Assembly (NCBI GenBank): GCA_963677895.2
Contig: CAXXGJ010000018.1
Span: 512,001-576,000 of the forward strand
Length of the DNA stretch: 64,000 nt
Origin: Treponemataceae bacterium
GTDB lineage: Bacteria > Spirochaetota > Spirochaetia > Treponematales > Rectinemataceae
Direction: 5' to 3'
Under the pieces are notes generated by a model. It saw only the letters and a program-made list of their open reading frames with translations, was not told the origin of the DNA and ran no database searches. Shown here one piece after another: positions 1-8,167 of this stretch. The translations under genes and the position numbers were made by a program. Each line of letters starts with the position of its first letter. The first letter of the stretch is position 1.

Positions 1-489
1 GAGAAGATCATCTCGGAAATATTGCTGGGAGCCATCATCATCCTTGTCTTTACGGCTGCCGCCCTGCGGGTGATCCGAAAACCCATCGTCTGGTCGGTTG
101 ACTTCGCCCAACTTCTCTTCGTCTGGGTATGCTTCATCGGCGCCGACCTCGCGATGGAAAAGGACAAGCACATCGGTGTCGATCTTGTCACCAACCTCCT
201 GCCCAAGTATGTCCAAAAAAACTTCAGGCTCATCGCCAATCTGCTGGCGATCGCCTTTTTATGCATCATCGCCATTTATGGAACGCGCCTGGCCATCATC
301 AACAGCAAGGACCAGTTCAGCGGCATGGAGCTCAGCCATTCCTGGGCGACGATGAGCGCGCCGATCGGCTGCGCCTTGATGATCCGCACTCTGGCCAAGA
401 AAACCTTTGGGCTTGTCCGCGGAGGCGCCGATCCGACTTCAGGGAAAGACGTCGGCACAGCCGCCGGGACGGCAAAGGAAGCGCTATGA
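1..489 (+). CDS. TRAP transporter small permease (DctQ-like), 5' end outside the window
   Basis: Frame is open from base 1. About 4 hydrophobic segments and the WSVDFAQLLFVW...HIGVD motif. ATGA overlap with the large permease. Confidence 0.85.
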   Translation, partial: EKIISEILLGAIIILVFTAAALRVIRKPIVWSVDFAQLLFVWVCFIGADLAMEKDKHIGVDLVTNLLPKYVQKNFRLIANLLAIAFLCIIAIYGTRLAIINSKDQFSGMELSHSWATMSAPIGCALMIRTLAKKTFGLVRGGADPTSGKDVGTAAGTAKEAL

Positions 490-1769
490 TACTCCTCGTC
501 GTTCTTTTCGTCCTGCTTCTCTGCATGAACGTGCCCCTGGCTTTCGTGGTCGGCATTTCCTCCTTGAGCTATTTCATCGGCAATCCCGACATGCCCCTGA
601 TGGTGCCAGTCACCAAGATGATCTATTCGACCCAGTCCTTCCCCCTCCTGGCGGTACCTTTCTTCCTTCTGGCCGGCAACATCATGACGGAATGCGGCAT
701 AACGAGGCGGCTTTTCGACTTCTGCAATATAGCCACCGGACACATGAGGGGAGGGCTCGCCCACGTCAACATCCTCCTCTCCACCCTCATGGGCGGCATC
801 TCCGGGTCGGCCGCCTCCGACGCGGCGATGGACTGCAGAATGACGGCACCCGAGATGATCAAACGAGGCTATTCCAAGGGATTCACCGCCGCCGTCACCG
901 CGTATTCCTCGCTGATCACCGCTACCATACCTCCCGGCATCGGCCTCATACTCTTCGGATTCATCGGATCCGTATCCATCGGACGGCTCTTCGCCGGCGG
1001 CATTATGCCCGGTTTATTGATGTGCGCCATCATGATGTTCACAGCCTGGATAATTTCCGCGAAACGAGGCTACGGCCGCTCCCGGGAAAAACGGGCGACG
1101 CCCAGGGAATTCTTCAGGTCCTTCCTCGACAATATCTGGGCGATCATATTCCCCATCATCTTGATCGTCGGCATCCGGTTCGGCATTTTTACCCCATCGG
1201 AAGCCGGAGCCTTCGCCGTCGTCTACGCCATCGTCATAGGCAAGTTCGTGTACAAGGAGCTGACCAACGAGAAGATCGTGGAAGCCCTGCGCCAGACGGT
1301 GATGGACAACGGCATGATCATGCTCATCATCATCTGCTCATCCATATTCGGCCACGTGATCATCATCAACCAGGCGCCCCAGGCTATCGCCACAGCCCTG
1401 GTTTCCATCACCACGAATCCGGTCCTGCTCGTCTTCATCATCGTCGTCTTCCTCGTCATCGCGGGAATGTTCATGGAGCCCACGGTGAATACCCTCCTCC
1501 TGACGCCGATCTTCCTGCCCATCGTCAAGGCGGTCGGCGTGGATCCCGTGCATTTCGGCCTCATCATGATGACGACGATCACCCTTGGAAGCTTCACGCC
1601 GCCCGTGGGCGTCGTGATCTACGCGGTCTGTTCGATACTGGAAGTCCCCTTGAAGGATTATCTCAAGGAATCACTGCCCTTCCTCGCCAGCGTCCTCGTC
1701 CTCATCGCCCTCATGATCATTTTCCCGCAGATAGTGCTCTTCCTGCCGAACCTCATCTACGGAAAATGA
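486..1769 (+). CDS. TRAP transporter large permease (DctM-like)
   Basis: ATG at 486 (the ORF-track start at 129 is too long). Motifs FPLLAVPFFLLAGNIM, GGISGSAASD, TPSEAGA, GVDPVHFG and TPPVG. Confidence 0.92.
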   Translation: MILLVVLFVLLLCMNVPLAFVVGISSLSYFIGNPDMPLMVPVTKMIYSTQSFPLLAVPFFLLAGNIMTECGITRRLFDFCNIATGHMRGGLAHVNILLSTLMGGISGSAASDAAMDCRMTAPEMIKRGYSKGFTAAVTAYSSLITATIPPGIGLILFGFIGSVSIGRLFAGGIMPGLLMCAIMMFTAWIISAKRGYGRSREKRATPREFFRSFLDNIWAIIFPIILIVGIRFGIFTPSEAGAFAVVYAIVIGKFVYKELTNEKIVEALRQTVMDNGMIMLIIICSSIFGHVIIINQAPQAIATALVSITTNPVLLVFIIVVFLVIAGMFMEPTVNTLLLTPIFLPIVKAVGVDPVHFGLIMMTTITLGSFTPPVGVVIYAVCSILEVPLKDYLKESLPFLASVLVLIALMIIFPQIVLFLPNLIYGK

Positions 1770-1824
1770 TTCATGGTGGCGCGAATGCGTTTTTAATATT
1801 ATTCTTTGCGGAAGGAGAGTCCGG

Positions 1825-3879
1825 ATGAAAAATGCCTACGTGCCCCAAAACCCCGATCACGATATCAGCCCCTTCACGGGCATGACGAGGCAGCACTACA
1901 TCGACCTGGCCAAGCATCTTCTGGAACGGGCTTTCGAGCACGTGGCCAGCTTCGATTCGCCTTTCGCCTTTCCCATCGTGCCGGGGAAGTCCTATCCCCA
2001 GGCCGATTCGCCGCCCTGGAGATTCCGCGCTCACGAATTCGAGTCCCTGGAACGCAGCCTTACCCTGGCCGCTCCCCTTATGCATGTGGAACCAGATGTC
2101 GAGATAAAGGGCTGGAAGCTGCGAGATTATTACTGCAACCAACTCTACAAGGCTTTGACGCCGGGCAACCCCCAGTCTCTGCCCCTGCCGGATGACTTGC
2201 CCGACGCCACCTATCAGTTCACCTGTGAATTCGGCGGATTGCTCAAGACCCTCCTCCTGCTGCCCGACGTGCTCTGGCCGTACTTTACGCAGAAGCAGAA
2301 AGACGAAATGGCCATTGCCATATCCAAATGGGCGCACCACCGGACCACCCAGAACAACTGGCGCATCTTCAATATGGTGGCGCTTTCCTTCCTCAAGAAG
2401 CAAGGATACCGGATAGACGACGAGCTCCTCAAAAGCCACCTTCTCTGGGTAGTTTCCTATCATTCGGGCGAGGGTTGGTATCTGGAGCAGACCTACAACT
2501 ACTACACGATAAGTCTTTTCATCGTGTATGGGACGGTCTGGGCCAGGACCTTCGGCGATGAACATTACCCGGAGATAGCGGCCACCATCGAACGCTCGGC
2601 CCGTGAAATGATGGCGACCTATCCCAATTTCTTCGCCCGGGACGGCTACATAAACATGTGGGCCCGCTCCATCTGCTATCGCACCTGGATCTCGGGCGGC
2701 TTCCCCGTTTCCTTCATGCTGAAGGATGGCTCGCCGCTGGACCCGGGCTGGGCGCGGCGTCTCTGCTCGGGCTCGCTTCTGCAGTTCGTGTCGCGGGAAG
2801 ACTTCTACTTTAACGACATACCGGCCTTGGGTTTCTATGGCCATAAGGAGTACATGGTTCAGGACTATTCCTGCCCCGGAAGCCCCTTCCTTATGTTCCT
2901 GCCCTTCATCGCCCTGGCTCTGCCCGAGGATTCGCCCTTCTGGACGGCCAAGGAGAATGAGGGCATATGGGAAGGCATGGGCGACAGGACGGAGCGCCAT
3001 GCCCTGGACAAACCTGGTCTGGTCCTCGTAAACCATGGCCTGACGGGGACATCGGAGATTCTCCCGGGCAAGGTGTACTATGACGACCCCAACTATTCGA
3101 AACTGACTTACAACACGCACTTTCCCTGGGAGGACCATGACCCGGCCGGAGGGACGGCCATGGAATACGCCTTCCGCAGCCTGGACCCCCGCGATGTCAG
3201 GGGGGAGGATATTAACTTCTACCTGACGGGCAAGAAGATCGCCAATGACGCGAAAAGGAATGCCGACTTCAGCATACTGCAGAGCATGGTGTACAACGGC
3301 ATCCGCGACGACGTCCTCTACAGGCAAGCCCTCATGCGCAAGCCGCCCAACAACGGCGTCGGCTACATCGTGGATCTGGCCGAGATAACCCTGCCGGGCG
3401 GCGTGCTGCGCGTCGATCGCTCGCGCATGGCTTTCGAGCACGAACTCACCCTCGGGCACTTCGGGCTGCCTCACTACGACGGTGTCCCTGCCAAAGTCGT
3501 ACGCTTCTCGGACGGGCGCAGGGAAGTCGTCACCGCTTCCATTCCCGGTCGCCGCGTCGCTCTCGTCGCCTACGCGGGCTGGGATGGTCTCGAGGTCCTG
3601 ACCCACGCGAACCGCAACGCCGAAACCGATGAGAGCACGGTAATCTACGCCCGCCGGAGGCGGACGCAGAAGAACCCGCCTATGGAACTCATGATTCTGG
3701 CCATGCTCCATAGGACGGACGACGCTCCCTGGACGGAGGAAGAGCTGGATCCGCTCGCTTCTTGGGAGGTCTGGGACATCATGCCTTCGGGATCGGCCCT
3801 GGGAGCCTTCCTGAAACTGCGCGATGGCCGAAACTTTACCGTGGACTTCGCGGGCATCGACGGTTACCGAGCCTGCTGA
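1825..3879 (+). CDS. DUF2264-domain protein
   Basis: 684 aa with a GGAG RBS. SPFTGMTRQHY...FESLERSL, QNNWRIF, GWY and WARSICYR segments match my recollection of the DUF2264 family. Confidence 0.65.
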   Translation: MKNAYVPQNPDHDISPFTGMTRQHYIDLAKHLLERAFEHVASFDSPFAFPIVPGKSYPQADSPPWRFRAHEFESLERSLTLAAPLMHVEPDVEIKGWKLRDYYCNQLYKALTPGNPQSLPLPDDLPDATYQFTCEFGGLLKTLLLLPDVLWPYFTQKQKDEMAIAISKWAHHRTTQNNWRIFNMVALSFLKKQGYRIDDELLKSHLLWVVSYHSGEGWYLEQTYNYYTISLFIVYGTVWARTFGDEHYPEIAATIERSAREMMATYPNFFARDGYINMWARSICYRTWISGGFPVSFMLKDGSPLDPGWARRLCSGSLLQFVSREDFYFNDIPALGFYGHKEYMVQDYSCPGSPFLMFLPFIALALPEDSPFWTAKENEGIWEGMGDRTERHALDKPGLVLVNHGLTGTSEILPGKVYYDDPNYSKLTYNTHFPWEDHDPAGGTAMEYAFRSLDPRDVRGEDINFYLTGKKIANDAKRNADFSILQSMVYNGIRDDVLYRQALMRKPPNNGVGYIVDLAEITLPGGVLRVDRSRMAFEHELTLGHFGLPHYDGVPAKVVRFSDGRREVVTASIPGRRVALVAYAGWDGLEVLTHANRNAETDESTVIYARRRRTQKNPPMELMILAMLHRTDDAPWTEEELDPLASWEVWDIMPSGSALGAFLKLRDGRNFTVDFAGIDGYRAC

Positions 3880-4001
3880 GGCCCGCCGCCTGGCTGGACT
3901 GCCCATTATTCGCTTTTTCCCTTGGCTCATGTCGCATTTATCGATATCTTTGACATATAAGTATTCCTGAATATAGGAAAAACTTATTTAAGGAGTGTTA
4001 T

Positions 4002-4616
4002 ATGTCATTTACCGTACCCGCATTGAAATATTCTTTTGACGCCCTCGAGCCGCACATCGACGCGGAGACCATGCGCATCCATCACGACAAGCATCATGCC
4101 GCCTATGTCGCGAATCTCAACAAGGCAATCGAAGGGACCGATTATGCGGCCTGGAATCTCGAAGCTCTCGTCCGCGACTGGAAGGAACTTCCCGCCTCGA
4201 TCCAGACCGCCGTGCGGAACAACGGCGGCGGTCATTACAATCACAGCTTTTTCTGGGAAAGCATCGCCCCGAACGCCGGCGGCAAACCCTCGGGCGTTCT
4301 TGCCGCCGCCATGGAAAAAGAGTTGGGCGGCTTCGACGCCTTCAAGGCCGAATTCAGCAAGGCGGCCATGGGACGATTCGGATCGGGCTGGGCCTGGCTG
4401 TCATTCGACGGAAAATCCAGGAAGCTCGTCATCGGATCCACAGCCAACCAGGACAGTCCGCTGGCTGAAGGCTTGATTCCTCTTCTCGGCGTGGATGTAT
4501 GGGAACATGCCTATTACCTGAAGTACCAGAATCGCAGGGCGGATTATCTGGAGGCATTCTTCAACGTCATCGACTGGAGAAAGGTCGAGGAACGATTCGA
4601 GAGGGCGGCGGGCTGA
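4002..4616 (+). CDS. sodA: Fe/Mn superoxide dismutase
   Basis: HHDKHHAAYV, NNGGGHYNH, FGSGWAWL and DVWEHAYY motifs. AAGGAG RBS and TTGACA at 3950-3955. Confidence 0.95.
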   Translation: MSFTVPALKYSFDALEPHIDAETMRIHHDKHHAAYVANLNKAIEGTDYAAWNLEALVRDWKELPASIQTAVRNNGGGHYNHSFFWESIAPNAGGKPSGVLAAAMEKELGGFDAFKAEFSKAAMGRFGSGWAWLSFDGKSRKLVIGSTANQDSPLAEGLIPLLGVDVWEHAYYLKYQNRRADYLEAFFNVIDWRKVEERFERAAG

Positions 4617-4702
4617 GGCCGAAGTCCAGCCGCGGTCACGGTCACACAATCATGGCCGCGGTCACACTCACGGTCATATTCGCGACCGCAGGCCTTGAAC
4701 GA

Positions 4703-4740
4703 AAAGAGCTCCTTGCATGTCAGGGAGCTCTTTGCTTTTT
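4703..4740. terminator. Intrinsic terminator, probably bidirectional
   Basis: AAAGAGCTCC...GGAGCTCTTT stem flanked by A and T runs, downstream of sodA. Confidence 0.7.
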
Positions 4741-4790
4741 AGCTCATAAAGCCATAAAATAACGCAAAGATCGTTCACTGGAGACAGCAT

Positions 4791-5237
4791 ATGAATATCA
4801 GCCTGATGACAACCGATGATTATGAAGCCGTGTATTCGTTATGGATAAACACAGCCGGCATGGGGCTAAACAGCCTGGATGATTCGAGGGAAGGAATTGA
4901 AATCTACCTGAAGAGAAATCCCGGTACCTGTTTTGTGGCCAAAGAAGAAAAAAGAGTGGTCGGCGTCATTCTCAGCGGTCACGATGGACGAAGAGGGTAC
5001 ATTTATCATACAGCGGTGGATATGGATGAAAGAGGGAAGGGCATAGGGAAGCGATTGGTTGAGAAAGCCATAGAGGCGTTAAGGCAAGAAGGGATACATA
5101 AGGTAGGACTTGTCGTCTTCGGGAAGAATGAGACCGGCAATAAATTTTGGGAAAGCATCGGATTTGAGGAGAGGAAAGATTTAATCTATAGAAGCAAGAT
5201 AATCACGTCGAGGAATATGGAAAGAATCGATACATGA
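4791..5237 (+). CDS. GNAT family N-acetyltransferase
   Basis: GHDGRRGYIYH, the acetyl-CoA motif ERGKGIG, and N...GNKFWESIGF. Confidence 0.9.
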   Translation: MNISLMTTDDYEAVYSLWINTAGMGLNSLDDSREGIEIYLKRNPGTCFVAKEEKRVVGVILSGHDGRRGYIYHTAVDMDERGKGIGKRLVEKAIEALRQEGIHKVGLVVFGKNETGNKFWESIGFEERKDLIYRSKIITSRNMERIDT

Positions 5238-5311
5238 TTTAGCGGGCAGAAGCGATCGCCCAACGACCGCTCCTTCCTTGCTCACGAAATGAGGACTATT
5301 TTATTTTCACC

Positions 5312-6583
5312 CTAAGCGGCTGAAATGCTTTTATCCGCTTCCTCGGGTAATGTCGCGCAACCTTCTGCGTAAAAATTCCCGGATAGGAAGATGCTCAGGC
5401 CAAGAAGAATCATGAATACGGCGCATACGATCACAAGCGTCTGAATTCGAACAACGTCAGCCAGCGGTCCGAAGATCACCATGCCAAGAGGCATGAAGCC
5501 CGTAAACATCACGTTGACCAGGCTGAAAACCCTGCCCATCATGGACGGAGCGGTTTTTTCCTGAACCAGCGTAAACACCGCGGTTTGAGCCGCCGGTATG
5601 GTCATGCCGATAAAGAACATGAGACTGGCGAAAAGCCAGAACGCGTTGGTGATGCCGACGGCCAAAGAAGCGGCGCCATTGATCATGACTCCCAGAAACA
5701 ATGTCTTGTTCCGATTCTTGAAACCTCCGGTCGCGCCAAGCAGAAGGCCGCCGGCCAAAGCCCCCGCGAAACCCACCGTCTCATTGATAGTCAGCAACAG
5801 CACATTGTCGCCGAAAGTCCTTCCGATCATGAGCGCCGTCAGGAATCCTGAAGGCACGCAGAGAAAAATGTACGCTCCGTACGTCATGAGCAGCTTTCTC
5901 AAGAATTGGTGATTCCACGTAAACACGAAACCCTCCTTCATTTCCTTGAATACGGAAGTGGGTTCCGTCCTTTCGGTCGGTCGATGCTTTGGCGTTTTTA
6001 TCAATGCCAATATGCCGATGCCGATGACCGCGGTAGCTACGTCAATGAACATAATGTTGTGGATCGGGCCGACAGACATCAGCGTTCCCGCGGCGATGGG
6101 AGAAACGAACTGGACAAAAGACTGAATGCTTCCGTTGATTCCGTTCACCCACATGAGCTTGTCTTCGGGAACGAGCTGCGGAATCATGGCATTCATGGCA
6201 GGCGTCTGAATGCCGCTGCCGAGAGAACGGATGGTGGAGGCGATAATTATCGCAGGGAGAACTGTTGCGCCAAGGTTGCCGGACATCATGTAAACCGCGA
6301 GCAGCAGGGTCGTCGCGGCGATGGCCGCGTCGGCGATCAGGATTATGCTTTTTCTGTTGTAGCGATCCGCCCAGACCCCCGCGAAAAGAGACATGATCAT
6401 CTGGGGCAAAAACGCCGCCAGCGTCAGCACAGTAACCCAGCCGCCCGATGATGTTTCCAGAGCCACATGCCAGATGATCGCCATTTGCACGATTTGCGAT
6501 CCGAAAAGCGAAATTCCCTGGCCCGCGAGGAACGCTATTATCTTTCCCCGCCATTTTGGCTCGCGCCGATTATCCGAATCCAT
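5312..6583 (-). CDS. MFS efflux transporter, Mef(A)/DHA3-like
   Basis: About 12 TM segments. GQGISLFGSQIVQMAIIW N-terminus, GVWADRYNRK motif A and MMGRVFS. Confidence 0.8.
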   Translation of the reverse strand: MDSDNRREPKWRGKIIAFLAGQGISLFGSQIVQMAIIWHVALETSSGGWVTVLTLAAFLPQMIMSLFAGVWADRYNRKSIILIADAAIAATTLLLAVYMMSGNLGATVLPAIIIASTIRSLGSGIQTPAMNAMIPQLVPEDKLMWVNGINGSIQSFVQFVSPIAAGTLMSVGPIHNIMFIDVATAVIGIGILALIKTPKHRPTERTEPTSVFKEMKEGFVFTWNHQFLRKLLMTYGAYIFLCVPSGFLTALMIGRTFGDNVLLLTINETVGFAGALAGGLLLGATGGFKNRNKTLFLGVMINGAASLAVGITNAFWLFASLMFFIGMTIPAAQTAVFTLVQEKTAPSMMGRVFSLVNVMFTGFMPLGMVIFGPLADVVRIQTLVIVCAVFMILLGLSIFLSGNFYAEGCATLPEEADKSISAA

Positions 6584-6679
6584 GATGCCCCTCCGGTATA
6601 TCTTTGATGAAAAAAGCTTACCATCCGGTTTTTGACTGGTGGCATACTGGAGGCTTAATTATTTTATTTATTCGCGGCC

Positions 6680-7420
6680 TTAGCTTTCCCTCATGGCATC
6701 GAGAATGGACAACATTTCCAGCGCGTCATTTTCCGCCATGCTCAGCGCGGTGATATATCGGTCGGCGGCGCAAACGATATCCTCGTCCTCATTGGGCGTA
6801 TCGATCGCTTTCCTTACATTCGTATCGCCTCTGTCCAGGCGATTCAACATTCTAAGTATGGACATCATGGAATAGTGAGCGTTTCGAAGCGTTCGGATGA
6901 TTTTCAGCCTATTCATTTCCATCAATCCGAATTTCCTGCGTCCGTTTGCGCTTCGCGGCACCCGGATCAAGCCGTTTCTTTCCCAATCGCGCAAAACATC
7001 GATAGTGATGCCGAGAATGTCCGCCGCCATGAGTCTGCCGCTGAACATTACCGCTTTATCCGATTTTTCGTTTTTTTCAACGATGCTTAAGGCGATAAGG
7101 ATTGCCTCTTCCGCTCTGGCCCTCTCTTCTCTCAGATGCTCCAAATACTTCCTTGTGCCTCGATATGCCGCGTCGATATCGTTCGCTGCCGCGGTCTTCA
7201 CGATGTCATAGACTTCCTGCCTGAGCCTGTCCCCGATTATCTCCGCGTGAAAAGCCCTGCGCAGCAGCCTAAGCTGCCTAAGATGGGCGTCGCTGAAAAT
7301 TCGGTATCCGCTTTCCGTTCTGGGTATCGAGGGAAGCAGTTTCATCGATTCGTAAAACCTTATGGTATTGGGATGAACTCCGATAAGCTTCGCTATCTGG
7401 GAGGTTTTATAGGTGCTCAC
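6680..7420 (-). CDS. MerR family regulator with two HTH domains
   Basis: GVHPNTIRFYE...GYRIF and a second GITIDVLRDWERNGLI...NGRRKF. GTG start. Confidence 0.85.
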   Translation of the reverse strand: MSTYKTSQIAKLIGVHPNTIRFYESMKLLPSIPRTESGYRIFSDAHLRQLRLLRRAFHAEIIGDRLRQEVYDIVKTAAANDIDAAYRGTRKYLEHLREERARAEEAILIALSIVEKNEKSDKAVMFSGRLMAADILGITIDVLRDWERNGLIRVPRSANGRRKFGLMEMNRLKIIRTLRNAHYSMMSILRMLNRLDRGDTNVRKAIDTPNEDEDIVCAADRYITALSMAENDALEMLSILDAMRES

Positions 7421-7483
7421 GGAACCGCCTCCTCTTTTTTTATTGTTTTTTCTGGATTCGGTCTACAAAATTTTCTGCTAATA

Positions 7484-7534
7484 AAAAAGAGAAGGGCAAT
7501 TCCTTTTATTATAAGGAATTGCCCTTCTCTTTTT
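7484..7534. repeat. 22-bp inverted repeat abutting the tRNA-distal att-like site
   Basis: AAAAAGAGAAGGGCAATTCCTT-ttattat-AAGGAATTGCCCTTCTCTTTTT. Confidence 0.9.
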
Positions 7535-7545
7535 AGCCCCTAGGG
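7530..7545 (-). repeat. att-like direct repeat (copy of the tRNA-Glu 3' end plus trailer)
   Basis: TTTTTAGCCCCTAGGG, identical to 19848-19863. Confidence 0.85.
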
Positions 7546-7634
7546 CTACAAAACAGCTTGTATTTGATCATTTTACCCAATCTTTTATTAGGTTTTTCCT
7601 CATTGGGTATGGGCCTGAAATGGTACTTTACCCG

Positions 7635-7662
7635 AGTAAACACATACGGGTATGTGTTTACT
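7635..7662. repeat. Perfect 13-bp inverted repeat near the island end
   Basis: AGTAAACACATAC-GG-GTATGTGTTTACT. TAAACACATAC recurs at 19772-19782. Confidence 0.85.
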
Positions 7663-8019
7663 ATCTCCCTGCAGGGAAGTTTTGCTGGCAGGAAGAATTC
7701 AATCACATATTAGCTTTTTTCAATATTCAAGATGGCGCATATAAAATACACTGAGCAAACTCAGAATAGACAATATAACCAAATGTGGCTTCAGCTTTTA
7801 AGGGAACGGCAATGTCTATTACGCTTGGTCTCGAACTGAGTTTTGGAAAAAGCGGAAAAAAGTATTCTATGAAAACTATATTCTATAATGACTTAACACT
7901 TACATATCGTGGCAGGGTTTTTGCTCCTTACCCAGTTTTGTGCACAGTAGTGAAGCTATTTTTCTATCTTTACTACACGCGTTAAGTTAAGGACAATAAT
8001 TTTATATTTTTAAAATACT

Positions 8020-8047
8020 TTGACAAACTGCATGACGGCAGTATGTT
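8020..8047 (+). promoter_or_regulatory. Putative sigma70 promoter of the RHS gene
   Basis: TTGACA-N16-TATGTT with AT-rich upstream DNA. AGGAG RBS at 8157-8161. Confidence 0.45.
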
Positions 8048-8167
8048 AGGAATAGAATTTAAGAATAAATAGGAAGCTATGTTTCAGAGTTTTATGAGTA
8101 ACTCAATCAAGTATTAACCGCAAGACATGATTCAAAAGCAATAAAATAATCACAAAAGGAGCATTGT

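Noticed and set aside
1771..3930. 719-aa minus-strand ORF and similar long antisense ORFs (38792-40687, 53766-55682, 61296-62360)
   Set aside because: Shadow ORFs opposite well-supported genes in high-GC DNA, with no recognisable motifs.
4630..4680. Short GGTCAC repeats after sodA
   Set aside because: Too short and irregular to support a function.
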